DNA of 64,000 bases, taken from positions 1 to 64,000 of IMG/VR virus record IMGVR_UViG_3300043391_000675. The stretch is one strand, 5' to 3'. The stretch comes from a virus. Taxonomy: Duplodnaviria > Caudoviricetes. The position numbers and the translations under genes were made by a program. Position 1 is the first letter of the stretch, and the number at the start of each line of letters is the position of its first letter. Of the stretch, positions 8,130-16,907 are shown piece after piece. The notes under the pieces are model-generated. The model saw nothing but the letters and a program-made list of their open reading frames with translations. It had not been told where the DNA came from and did no database searches.

Positions 8130-8279
8130 TTACTTTGGGCCTTGTGCTTGTGCCTGGTTTGACATATCCGTTGATGGGAATGCTGCAGCAGGTGCATCTG
8201 ACAGGTGTAGGTTTAGATCGTTTGATCCTGACTGCTCGCCTGTTTCGTTAAATCCTTTTAAATCTTTTCCGTCTGACAT
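8130..8279 (-). CDS. 49-aa acidic/polar protein, not in ORF track
   Basis: MSDGKDLKGFNETGEQSGSND...QAQGPK, preceded by AGGAG Shine-Dalgarno. Confidence 0.65.
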   Translation of the reverse strand: MSDGKDLKGFNETGEQSGSNDLNLHLSDAPAAAFPSTDMSNQAQAQGPK

Positions 8280-8337
8280 AGTATTACTCCTATAGGTTAT
8301 TTATTTAGGCGGGACTAGTATTCCGCTTATCCATCTA

Positions 8338-9396
8338 TTATATCATTTTTCTATATTCTAAGGCGCTTTTAATATCAGCCCATAGATCATCAATGTTTTC
8401 ACATCCCACAGATAGCCTTATAAGGCTTTCTGGAACGGTGTGGCTCTCTAGTTGCCACCTTCTTCTTCTTTCCCATGTTGACTCTACAGCTCCAAGGCTT
8501 GTGGTATTCGATATCAACATAGCAGAATTACAAACTAGGTCTGCATCTTCAGCAGTTCCATGAATATCAAAAGATATGACTCCGCTAAACCCTGGATAGA
8601 AAACCTCCTTGACATTCTCATTTTTAGATAGAAGCTGAGCCAGAATTTTAGCATTGGTTTCAGCCTTTTCAAATCTTAAGCTAAACGTTCTCATTCCTCG
8701 TAAAGCCAAATAAGCCTCAAATGGCTGAATTATTGTTCCAGATAGTTTTCTTGTGAACTCTATATTATCGAATATTACATTGTTATTAGTCGATATAGAT
8801 CCAGCTAGCACATCTGAGTGACCAGCCATATATTTAGTTACTGAGTTTAAAGATATGTCAGCTCCCATGTCTAATGGCACTTGTCTTAGTGGCGTAGCAA
8901 ATGTGTTATCTACTCCAACTAAAACTCCTAAACTTTTAGCATATTTAATTATTTTTTCTAAATCAGCTACCTTTAATAAGGGATTAGTTGGGGTCTCAAT
9001 CCAAACCATAAAGGCATCTTCCATGTTATCTAATACTTCTTCTGTATTGGCTATGTCTACAAACCTAAGAATTATCTTTCCATCATGATGCATTCTTCTA
9101 AGTGTTTCTGTAATTCCAGCATAGCCTTGATCTGATGCCACAATTATTGATCCGTGTGGTATGTTTGAAGCTATTGCATTAAATGCAGACATTCCAGATG
9201 AAAACGCTAATGTTTTACCATGTTCTAATGAAGCTATTACATTCTCTAAGTCTAAGCATGATTGATTGCCGTATCTTGAATACCCAACATCGCCTCCAGC
9301 GTGTAGCGTTGAGTTCAATGATACCGAGCTATTCATTCCTACATCTGGACCAGCTTCTGGTCTACCTAAATGTATTACACTAGTCTCGTTCTTCAT
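8338..9396 (-). CDS. metB: Cystathionine gamma-synthase / beta-lyase family PLP enzyme
   Basis: YSRYGN, FSSGMSA, VWIETPTNP, VDNTFATP, SVTKYMAGHSD (PLP Lys), LIRLSVGCE; reaction specificity not resolved. Confidence 0.85.
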   Translation of the reverse strand: MKNETSVIHLGRPEAGPDVGMNSSVSLNSTLHAGGDVGYSRYGNQSCLDLENVIASLEHGKTLAFSSGMSAFNAIASNIPHGSIIVASDQGYAGITETLRRMHHDGKIILRFVDIANTEEVLDNMEDAFMVWIETPTNPLLKVADLEKIIKYAKSLGVLVGVDNTFATPLRQVPLDMGADISLNSVTKYMAGHSDVLAGSISTNNNVIFDNIEFTRKLSGTIIQPFEAYLALRGMRTFSLRFEKAETNAKILAQLLSKNENVKEVFYPGFSGVISFDIHGTAEDADLVCNSAMLISNTTSLGAVESTWERRRRWQLESHTVPESLIRLSVGCENIDDLWADIKSALEYRKMI

Positions 9397-9457
9397 CTTT
9401 ATCCTCTTTTTCATTACCTGGCCCTACATGACTAGCACAGCCACATATCCAACACAT
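9380..9457 (-). CDS. 25-aa MCxxCGC micro-protein, not in ORF track
   Basis: MCWICGCASHVGPGNEKEDKDEERD; ATG abuts the radical SAM stop, and the ORF overlaps the metB start. Confidence 0.55.
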   Translation of the reverse strand: MCWICGCASHVGPGNEKEDKDEERD

Positions 9458-10459
9458 TCAATTACTCCATATAGCAGCTGAGCACCTGGTGCACATGCCA
9501 GAATATGAGTCTTCTATCATGTCCGTTCTCTCTTTGCTTAGCCATATATCTTTAATTGTAGATTTGTTAGAATTCCCATAAACTGTCTTAAAATCAAAAT
9601 CGGCACAGCATATAAAAAAATCCCCATTTGGATTAATATGAATCCATTCATTGGTTCTGCTTCTTACGCCTAATCCACCATTACATCCTATTACCTTCTT
9701 GCCTTCTCCCGCCAAATATTTATTAATAGCTGAAGTCTGATCAATTATTCCTGAATCAGCAAGGTGGCCTGCTCTGTCGTATAAATGATGAGCTGGGAAA
9801 ACCTGAATTGACGGGAATAAAGATTTAAGCAGAATGACCTCTTGTGCTAAATCTCCACTCTCTACATCTAAATTTAAATCTGGAGCACCAGGAAGTATAT
9901 CAAGCCACCCACCATTTTCAACTAATGAATTGCTGTTTAATCCATTAACCATTAAATAGAATCTATCTTCTAATACTAATTCTTTTAGCTCTTCTGCAGC
10001 ATACAAAACACTGTCAACCATCTTATCAAACATTTTTTCATTTAAATTTACATATTTAGACCATCTAGTTTTATCTCCAGATGGTATATTTAAAAGTATT
10101 CCTCCGACTACATCAATATTTTTTTTAATAATATCAACTTTTTTCTTAGTAAGTGGGGTGCCATTTGTAAGAATGTTTATTGTAAATCCATATTTTCTGT
10201 ACACATCAAACATTTCTTCAAAATTTTTATATAATAAAACTTCATTGTAGTTAGCAGTAAAAATATTTGTTAAATTAGGATCAACAAAGTCTCCTTTGCC
10301 AGAATGAAGTTGAGAGAGTATGTGATCTAACTCCCCCAACTCCATATCTCTAATGGCAGATTTTGGATTTCCTTCGTAAGAAACTGGGCAAAACCAGCAT
10401 CCAGCATTACATAGACCATTTACGTCTATCTGTACTGCGCCAATCTTGTATTGTGACAA
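9458..10459 (-). CDS. Radical SAM enzyme with SPASM/twitch domain
   Basis: CNAGCWFC (CxxxCxxC); C-terminal C...INPNGDFFICC.D...CTRC. Confidence 0.9.
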   Translation of the reverse strand: MSQYKIGAVQIDVNGLCNAGCWFCPVSYEGNPKSAIRDMELGELDHILSQLHSGKGDFVDPNLTNIFTANYNEVLLYKNFEEMFDVYRKYGFTINILTNGTPLTKKKVDIIKKNIDVVGGILLNIPSGDKTRWSKYVNLNEKMFDKMVDSVLYAAEELKELVLEDRFYLMVNGLNSNSLVENGGWLDILPGAPDLNLDVESGDLAQEVILLKSLFPSIQVFPAHHLYDRAGHLADSGIIDQTSAINKYLAGEGKKVIGCNGGLGVRSRTNEWIHINPNGDFFICCADFDFKTVYGNSNKSTIKDIWLSKERTDMIEDSYSGMCTRCSAAIWSN

Positions 10460-10460
10460 A

Positions 10461-10931
10461 TTAGTCTTTCAATGACTTCCATGGGTTTGGAGGAAGCTTT
10501 AAGCTTGACTCAAGGAACCAGTTCCACTCTTGATGAGCAGACAGTCGATTAGATAGGTACGAAGATAATCCGTACTCATTATTTGCATTTGCAATAGAGA
10601 TCAAAACCTTAATGTCTTCAATCATCTTTTTATTAATTGGAACTAAATGGATTGCCATCTCAACGCCGCAATATGTGTCTGGCTTAACATTTCCAAGTGA
10701 CTGGTACTTCGCATAATCTTCAAGTGTATACGAAGCCTCTGCTCCAAGCTTTCTTAGCCAAGTAGATGTTTCATGAACAGCTTTTTCTGAGTTCTCATAA
10801 ATTTCTTCATAAACAATTCTAGATTGTCTCATTAGAGTTGACTCATTATTCCAAAAAAGCCCTCTTACCAAATCAGTATATACAACTGAATTAGCCTGAA
10901 ATGTCTTTAATAGACTGATTAGGATTTCCAT
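10461..10931 (-). CDS. dps: Dps/ferritin-like DNA protection protein
   Basis: 156 aa four-helix pattern (HWN-like FWNNE, LAERIRALG-like WLRKLG, HEKxxWFL-like HQEWNWFL); ferroxidase residues look partly diverged. Confidence 0.75.
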   Translation of the reverse strand: MEILISLLKTFQANSVVYTDLVRGLFWNNESTLMRQSRIVYEEIYENSEKAVHETSTWLRKLGAEASYTLEDYAKYQSLGNVKPDTYCGVEMAIHLVPINKKMIEDIKVLISIANANNEYGLSSYLSNRLSAHQEWNWFLESSLKLPPNPWKSLKD

Positions 10932-10947
10932 TTTTTTCCTTTGGCTA

Positions 10948-11070
10948 TTATCTCTTATAAATTTTATTATAACAGGTCTTACATACTTTAACTACTTTGC
11001 TTTCTGCAGAAGTTATGTATTTAGCTTCTCCAGCACATTCTTTTACTTCACATTTATTTAATAAACTCAT
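10948..11070 (-). CDS. 40-aa Cys4 zinc-finger-like protein, not in ORF track
   Basis: MSLLNKCEVKEC...VCKTCYNKIYKR. Confidence 0.5.
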   Translation of the reverse strand: MSLLNKCEVKECAGEAKYITSAESKVVKVCKTCYNKIYKR

Positions 11071-11078
11071 TAAGTTAA

Positions 11079-11291
11079 TTACTTAGCCTTAATCTTTTCC
11101 CAGATTTTTTCATGCATATAGTAAAATGACATTTCTACGAACAAATACGAAATTGCTCCAATGCCAATATACTCCCATTCAGCTTCTCCTGTGAGAAGTT
11201 TAGTTACAATATAAAGTAGTCCGCCTACAAAAAATACATGTACAAACGGCCATGTGATTGACTTATATATACTTTTTTTACTATTTAGCAT
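11079..11291 (-). CDS. DUF2061 family membrane protein
   Basis: KSIYKSITW...YYMHEKIWEKI signature. Confidence 0.75.
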   Translation of the reverse strand: MLNSKKSIYKSITWPFVHVFFVGGLLYIVTKLLTGEAEWEYIGIGAISYLFVEMSFYYMHEKIWEKIKAK

Positions 11292-11452
11292 GCTGCCTCT
11301 TTTTCTTTTAATTTTCTAAGTACTAAACTTAAGACCTCTCTTGGTCTCCAGTCTGGTGGTATTTCTAAGATTTCCATCTCTTCAATTAATTCTTTTAGAA
11401 CTTTTTTTTGAATTATATGATAGTAATCCCATTCATTATTTAATTGTACCAT
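11285..11452 (-). CDS. Hypothetical 55-aa protein, not in ORF track
   Basis: MVQLNNEWDYYHIIQKKVLKELIEEMEILEIPPDWRPREV... Confidence 0.5.
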   Translation of the reverse strand: MVQLNNEWDYYHIIQKKVLKELIEEMEILEIPPDWRPREVLSLVLRKLKEKEAAC

Positions 11453-11454
11453 TA

Positions 11455-12084
11455 TCAAAGATCTTTAGCAATATCTTTATTTATATCAGCATTTATAAGA
11501 AATCCAACTCTAGGGCCCTTAGCCCAAACACGATGTGTTGTTTTTTTAGGGAAAAACAAAAGATCTCCCTCTTTTAATTCATAAACTGCCTTTGAGCTTT
11601 TTCCTTTTATTTCCCAAAAAGAAGTTCCTATCGATTGTAAGTAGCAGGCTGGCCAAGGATCGCTATGTTCATTTACTGTTTTTTCTCCTAAAGAAACCTT
11701 TATTCCTTCGCTATGCCAAAGAGCACTACAGGAGCAATTTCTAGCATCCCATTCTCTATAGTAATCGCAATTTGAAAAGTCATGATCGTATTCTGAATCT
11801 AAATTTATTTTGTGTAAAAAATCTTTTATTTCTGGGAACTCTTCCCAAACTAATCCAGTTTGTGGGGCAAGCCAGAACGGATGCTGAGTCAAAATGTTTC
11901 CATTGACGTGTACGCTATCATCTTGATTTCTAACTTTTTCTTCTAATTCTATGTTTTTATCAATTGTTTGCTTGTATATAAAGTCTAAAGCATTTTGCCA
12001 TGTAAATGTTGTTTTAAAATAATTTTCAATAAATACGGCTTCTTCTTTAACCGATGCTTCTTTAAATTGTGAAAGTATATCCAT
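11455..12084 (-). CDS. Cupin/JmjC-like protein
   Basis: HSDPWPACYLQSIGTSFW...LKEGDLLFFPK.TTHRV. Confidence 0.7.
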   Translation of the reverse strand: MDILSQFKEASVKEEAVFIENYFKTTFTWQNALDFIYKQTIDKNIELEEKVRNQDDSVHVNGNILTQHPFWLAPQTGLVWEEFPEIKDFLHKINLDSEYDHDFSNCDYYREWDARNCSCSALWHSEGIKVSLGEKTVNEHSDPWPACYLQSIGTSFWEIKGKSSKAVYELKEGDLLFFPKKTTHRVWAKGPRVGFLINADINKDIAKDL

Positions 12085-12096
12085 AATAGTTCCCTA

Positions 12097-12128
12097 TTTA
12101 AGGGCAGTGGTTTCCCACTGCCCTTAAA
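12097..12128 (-). terminator. Strong hairpin, 14-bp stem with GAAA loop
   Basis: tttaagggcagtgg-tttc-ccactgcccttaaa directly after the stop of 12131-13291; short U-tract. Confidence 0.75.
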
Positions 12129-12130
12129 AA

Positions 12131-13291
12131 TTACTTGATTAGGGTAACCTTAGCTTTTGGATTCTTTGCATTCCACTTCTTTGCAAGTGAATTGAAAGCA
12201 TCCTTGATTGACTTAAGTGCAGCAGCATTATCTGCTGTTAACTTAGCAATAGTTGCATCCTTAGCAAGGACAACTGCATCTGAAGCAGCCTTAGCATCAG
12301 CAAGTGCCTTAGCAGAAGCAGCCTTTTCAGCAGCAAGTGCAGTTGCAGAAGCAGCCTTTTCTGCTGCAAGAGCAGCATCTGAAGCAGCCTTAGCAGCAAC
12401 AGCATCTGCAGCAGCCTTTACGACTGCAGCATCTGAAATTGCCTTAGCAGCAAGTGCTGCATCTTTAGCAGCAGTTTGTGCTGCAAGTTCTGAAACTAGA
12501 TCACGAACTGTAATTTCTGCAAATGGTGCTAGTGCACGAGCAGGAAGACCAACTACATCTACAGTTGTTGCATCTGATGATGTTGTAGGTGAAAATGTGA
12601 TTAGTGAGCGTGTTCCAGTTGCTGGAAGTGTTGCAACAAACTTGGCAACACCAAAATCTGAAAGTGTAGCACCAGTTGTTACTGTTGCTGTGTCCATAAC
12701 TGCTGTTGAAGCAAATACAATTGCAGTAATTGACTTAGCAGATACCTTGTTTCCAAATGTGTCTGTTGCAGTTACTGAGATGTCTTGCTTTGTGCCAGCA
12801 GCACCAGCGGTAGGGGCAGATACTGTAAGAGTATTAATCTTACCAGCAGTTCCCTGAACGTAGTAGGTAAGAGTTGTACCCTGATTTGTGATTACAACTG
12901 TACCAATTGCTGTTGTCTTTGTGTAGACATAGAATGTTGCTGTTGTTCCTGTACCAGTTGCAATTGTCAAGGATGATGATCCTGATGTTGCTCCTACTGG
13001 TGCAGCAGTTGTGTGTAGTGCAGACACGATTGTTGCGTTTGTTGCTACGACTGAAACACTTGTTCCAACATCAACTGTTGCAATAAACTTTAGTGCGTCA
13101 GCTGCATCAACTGAGTTGTCTGCAGGTACTGGCAATGATGCAGGCGTTGCAATTGCTGATGCCGTAGTGTTTGCTACAGTGTCAAGCGATACAGCGACTG
13201 TCATTACAGCAGCACTTGCAGGTGTTGCTACCATTGTGCCCAAAGTCATGGCTGCAACCATGGCTAGTGCGATTTTCTTAAATGAGTTCAT
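12131..13291 (-). CDS. Secreted Ala/Thr-rich surface (S-layer-like) protein, host-like
   Basis: Signal peptide MNSFKKIALAMVAAMTLGTMVATPASA, beta-rich body, AAKAASDAA repeats, basic C-terminus; strong SD. Confidence 0.7.
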   Translation of the reverse strand: MNSFKKIALAMVAAMTLGTMVATPASAAVMTVAVSLDTVANTTASAIATPASLPVPADNSVDAADALKFIATVDVGTSVSVVATNATIVSALHTTAAPVGATSGSSSLTIATGTGTTATFYVYTKTTAIGTVVITNQGTTLTYYVQGTAGKINTLTVSAPTAGAAGTKQDISVTATDTFGNKVSAKSITAIVFASTAVMDTATVTTGATLSDFGVAKFVATLPATGTRSLITFSPTTSSDATTVDVVGLPARALAPFAEITVRDLVSELAAQTAAKDAALAAKAISDAAVVKAAADAVAAKAASDAALAAEKAASATALAAEKAASAKALADAKAASDAVVLAKDATIAKLTADNAAALKSIKDAFNSLAKKWNAKNPKAKVTLIK

Positions 13292-13339
13292 TTAATTTAT
13301 TCTCCTTGTTTCCTCTGCGGTCTTTGCGAACACAGAATG

Positions 13340-13534
13340 TTAGTTTAGTTCATTTACTTTTACATGGAATGAACATGGGTCTCCACCCTCATTCCATTCT
13401 TGTTCTTCTTCATCTGTTAGTGGTGGGCCATCATGTGTATTACAAAATACATCTGATATCCATCCTCTATCGTAACCACTTTTGAGCCATATCTCAAACT
13501 CTAAATGATCTGAATCTATATTCTCTAGATCCAT
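13340..13534 (-). CDS. Hypothetical protein
   Basis: ORF track. Confidence 0.65.
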   Translation of the reverse strand: MDLENIDSDHLEFEIWLKSGYDRGWISDVFCNTHDGPPLTDEEEQEWNEGGDPCSFHVKVNELN

Positions 13535-13827
13535 TCTGAAAGCTCTTCTAGCATAATATGCTTAGGTTTTGCACCAGTAATAGTTTTTACTGGCTTACCC
13601 TTCTTAAATAGTACCATATAAGGTATAGATGTTACAGAGTATTCTGCTGATTTGATAGGATTCTCATCAACATTTAGTTTGCCGACCCATAATCCAAGCT
13701 CTTTAGATATCTCATCTAGTATTGGAGACACCTTCAAGCATGGTCCGCACCATGGAGCCCAAAAATCAATAAGGACTAGATTATGATAATCTAGCACCCT
13801 ACTAAAGCTTTCGTCTGTAACTATCAA
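13525..13827 (-). CDS. trxA: Thioredoxin
   Basis: DFWAPWCGPC active site; SIP cis-Pro motif. Confidence 0.93.
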   Translation of the reverse strand: MIVTDESFSRVLDYHNLVLIDFWAPWCGPCLKVSPILDEISKELGLWVGKLNVDENPIKSAEYSVTSIPYMVLFKKGKPVKTITGAKPKHIMLEELSEWI

Positions 13828-13828
13828 C

Positions 13829-14038
13829 TTACTCTCCTTTTAGTTCGTCCGCTGCATTATTAAACTTATTCATAAATGTTTGGATTACCCACAATGATGT
13901 CTCACCAGCATTTGTAGACATTGCTTTTGATGCTTCTTCTGTTCTATCTTCAATGGCAAGGGCGTTGTACCATTTCTGGTACAACTCCTCGCCAATCTCC
14001 TTGATTATTTCTTCAAGGATAGTTAACTTGCTATCCAT
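13829..14038 (-). CDS. Hypothetical protein
   Basis: ORF track. Confidence 0.65.
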   Translation of the reverse strand: MDSKLTILEEIIKEIGEELYQKWYNALAIEDRTEEASKAMSTNAGETSLWVIQTFMNKFNNAADELKGE

Positions 14039-14996
14039 TGATTACTTTACTCAAATTAAACAGATAAACTTTTTGTCCATGAGAGTTTTCTACTGGATCA
14101 GAAGCTGTTTTCATTAATGAAATTAGCTCTGTTGATGTCAGCGTTGGCTTAAGTGACTTTAAGTATACATATTTTGCTGCAACTACCTGAACGGAAACAG
14201 ATGTTCCATAAGAATGTCCATTAACATTTCCAGGATATATAGTTGGTTGCTGGATCTCACCCCATAGATCTACAAGGTTGGCATCGTAGTTACTTGTTAA
14301 AGAAACTTGAGGCTTATCTAGATTTAGAGTTTCAACTCCACCGACTGCAATTGATTGGCTAATACATGCTGGCCATTCAATCTTATTCTTCATGCTTGCG
14401 TTTCCAGCGCTGTTACCAGAAGGAAAAAATACTGGCACTCCAGAATTATTTAAGTTAGAAATTACTGCATCAAGCGGGGTTGCAGAGCAATAAGCAGTTC
14501 CTGCAGGTCGCTTAATGACTGGAGCATTTGTAGCATGCGCTGATGCAACTGCTACAATGTTGTACTTAGCCTTGTTGTTGTTAACCCAAGTTAAAGCATT
14601 TACAAGGGTGTTTAGTCCGTAAGTTTGCTGACCACCCTTTGTTGTATTTCCAACAATTCTAACAAACACAATATTAAGGTTTGGATTGGCTGCAATTGCA
14701 GCAGAAGCCATTTGTGTTCCATGGTTAAAATTATTTGTTGATAGCATGCTCATTGGAAGAATTGATGCTCCTGCACCCTCCATAAAAGATTTCTTATTTG
14801 GGCAAGAAGGCCAATCAAGGATACAAACCTCTGCAACTACCTTAGAAGAAATTGATGGGATTGATGTATCTAGTGCTGTATCTAGGATAGCCAATGTTGG
14901 AACAGATGTCTTTGGCTTTAGATTTGCCTGTGCAGGCATTGCGGTGATTGCGATTGTTGTGGCGATTAGTGCCATAGTAGTTATTAGTTTTTTCAT
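14031..14996 (-). CDS. Secreted subtilisin-like (S8) serine protease
   Basis: LDT (Asp), HGTQMA (His), GTS (Ser), SGN oxyanion residue; signal peptide from the ATG at 14996. Confidence 0.85.
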   Translation of the reverse strand: MKKLITTMALIATTIAITAMPAQANLKPKTSVPTLAILDTALDTSIPSISSKVVAEVCILDWPSCPNKKSFMEGAGASILPMSMLSTNNFNHGTQMASAAIAANPNLNIVFVRIVGNTTKGGQQTYGLNTLVNALTWVNNNKAKYNIVAVASAHATNAPVIKRPAGTAYCSATPLDAVISNLNNSGVPVFFPSGNSAGNASMKNKIEWPACISQSIAVGGVETLNLDKPQVSLTSNYDANLVDLWGEIQQPTIYPGNVNGHSYGTSVSVQVVAAKYVYLKSLKPTLTSTELISLMKTASDPVENSHGQKVYLFNLSKVING

Positions 14997-15003
14997 AAAG
15001 CTA

Positions 15004-15032
15004 ATCTTACTAAATAGTATAGTGTTTGTCAA
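15004..15032 (-). promoter_or_regulatory. Promoter TTGACA-17-TAAGAT, leaderless for the protease
   Basis: -35 at 15027-15032, -10 at 15004-15009, ATG 7 nt downstream. Confidence 0.7.
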
Positions 15033-15036
15033 CAGA

Positions 15037-15216
15037 TTATGAATTCTGATTTGGGTTCTTGCGTGGATACCACTTGCCAGAATCCATATTTCTTGCTTCC
15101 GCCACTTGTACCTGAGTATTAATTACGTTGCTCATAATCTCATGCATTATATCTAATTCAATTCTAAGCTTAAATAGCTCGAGCTCTAGCATATCAATTC
15201 TTCTTTGTGCTCTCAT
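15037..15216 (-). CDS. 59-aa coiled-coil protein, not in ORF track
   Basis: MRAQRRIDMLELELFKLRIELDIMHEIMS... Confidence 0.55.
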   Translation of the reverse strand: MRAQRRIDMLELELFKLRIELDIMHEIMSNVINTQVQVAEARNMDSGKWYPRKNPNQNS

Positions 15217-15425
15217 AGTTCTTCTTCTCTATCCAGTGGCGTTGGCGCCGTTGCTAGTGTGCCACAATTGGCACACTCCATGTCTAAAAAGTAAGTTGCA
15301 ATTTCACAATTATCAAAAAGGACTTTAAGGTTCCACACTTCACAACCACACGGACATATGTGTGTTGGAACACCTCGTACGTCCATTGAATGAGAATAAT
15401 CTGGTCTTAGGTCGTTGATGTCCAT
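15213..15425 (-). CDS. Small zinc-ribbon protein
   Basis: CPCG...CANCG; leaderless TGTATACT promoter. Confidence 0.7.
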   Translation of the reverse strand: MDINDLRPDYSHSMDVRGVPTHICPCGCEVWNLKVLFDNCEIATYFLDMECANCGTLATAPTPLDREEEL

Positions 15426-15439
15426 TGTCTAAGTATACA

Positions 15440-15997
15440 CTAAACTTGAATATATGTATAGGGGGCAGCTACGCTCATATTAAACTCAGTTGCTGCTTCC
15501 AATGCTGCTTTAAGCCTTAGTCTTGGGTTTTGCTGTTTCTTTGTTGCATGAAGGGCTCCAAGCGCTATCTGTCCGCCGCTTCCTTCCGCCATGTAGTTAA
15601 CTATATTTTCTCCAACATGAAAGTCTTCATCTATGGTAAAGAGTCTACCGCACACTCCAACTATAAAAATTCCACCAGTGTCTTCTTCTGAGGATGATCC
15701 AATGCTTCCATATCCATGCTCTTTAAATGCAGCCTTAACCGAATCAACAAATTTAGTTCTCATAAACTTATCTAAACCAGAATTAGTTTTAGTTGGCGTG
15801 TATTTTGGTGGAGCCCACATGTATTGTAAAATTTGTCCCATACGAAATGAGTCCGTGAATGCGATTCCGTATTGTCCTACTTTAAAAACTTTAGGCTCTT
15901 TTCTTGACAGGATCCAGCCAGTTTTTTCATCTGAGGCAGCATGATCTGATGCCATATAAACGACACCATTTTGGGCAATAGCAACAATACAAGTCAT
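15440..15997 (-). CDS. HslV/proteasome-beta-like Ntn hydrolase
   Basis: N-terminal Met-Thr, ASD, K at the position equivalent to K33, GSGG...ALGAL. Confidence 0.8.
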   Translation of the reverse strand: MTCIVAIAQNGVVYMASDHAASDEKTGWILSRKEPKVFKVGQYGIAFTDSFRMGQILQYMWAPPKYTPTKTNSGLDKFMRTKFVDSVKAAFKEHGYGSIGSSSEEDTGGIFIVGVCGRLFTIDEDFHVGENIVNYMAEGSGGQIALGALHATKKQQNPRLRLKAALEAATEFNMSVAAPYTYIQV

Positions 15998-16018
15998 ATT
16001 GCTATTGTACTATTTTAA

Positions 16019-16333
16019 TTATTCTGTGTCCACCATCTCATGATATTCTAAGTGATTTAATTGATTTATTACATTATCTAGTTCAGATTTCATTTCAATT
16101 AAATCCTGAATGGCCTTATAATATTTGTCTTTCCACTCAGTTAACTCTTTCTCTAATTGATATAATTCAATCTTAAGATCTTTCATATCTAATCTGAGCT
16201 GGTCTTTTTCTTTCTCTTCCCGCCTATTTTTTTCTTTTTTGCCGTCTCTAATACCAGCAACGATGGCGGTACCAAAACCACTTAAGCTTGCTGCTAATAT
16301 TGAAACCACTATGGTTATGTATGATATTTCCAT
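16019..16333 (-). CDS. Membrane-anchored coiled-coil protein
   Basis: N-terminal TM helix followed by heptad repeats. Confidence 0.65.
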   Translation of the reverse strand: MEISYITIVVSILAASLSGFGTAIVAGIRDGKKEKNRREEKEKDQLRLDMKDLKIELYQLEKELTEWKDKYYKAIQDLIEMKSELDNVINQLNHLEYHEMVDTE

Positions 16334-16362
16334 TATATATCATATTATACCTTATATTTAAT

Positions 16363-16602
16363 TTAAATTAATAGTTCAGAAGCTGTTATTTCTGCGCCAA
16401 GATACTTTCTTTTGTGTATAAAATCTTTAACTGTTTCGTGGCCAAATTGCCTTCCAGCGATTAAAACTACCCACCTTGGCTCAAGTTTTTCATCTATGCA
16501 TGTTTGGCACATAAATAAATTAATTGGTAGCAAGGAAGACTTCTTTAAGTTTAGCTTGTTTTTTGTCTTGTTACATGAATAACATAATATTTTTTCGCTC
16601 AA
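16363..16602 (-). CDS. Cys4 zinc-finger-like protein
   Basis: CYSC...CQTC. Confidence 0.6.
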   Translation of the reverse strand: MSEKILCYSCNKTKNKLNLKKSSLLPINLFMCQTCIDEKLEPRWVVLIAGRQFGHETVKDFIHKRKYLGAEITASELLI

Positions 16603-16907
16603 TTTGCTGGTACTCCTTCTAGTTCTACTCGAACACCATAAGACTCAAGTAGGTTTTTAACTTTTGAAACATAATCAATAACTTTTTCTTTTTCTGTGCC
16701 GTCAAATTGTATGAAGTTATCTTCGTATAATCTTAATGCCAAAAAATCTGGATACTTTACAATGTCCAGTAATAAAAACATGGGCTTCTTTAACTCCCAT
16801 ACTTTCTTTTTCATTTCTTCCGTGTAGAAGACTGGCTTATTAGGTTCACCAGTCCACTGATTCATTCCATACTTAAAGTGTTTATTGTCATAGACATTAG
16901 ATGCCAT
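16599..16907 (-). CDS. Hypothetical protein
   Basis: ORF track. Confidence 0.7.
   Translation of the reverse strand: MASNVYDNKHFKYGMNQWTGEPNKPVFYTEEMKKKVWELKKPMFLLLDIVKYPDFLALRLYEDNFIQFDGTEKEKVIDYVSKVKNLLESYGVRVELEGVPAN

Noticed and set aside
12135-12857. 240-aa plus-strand ORF and other plus-strand ORFs throughout the window
   Set aside because: These are antisense shadows of well-supported minus-strand genes; GCA/GCT-rich codons give stop-free reverse frames. They show no motifs.
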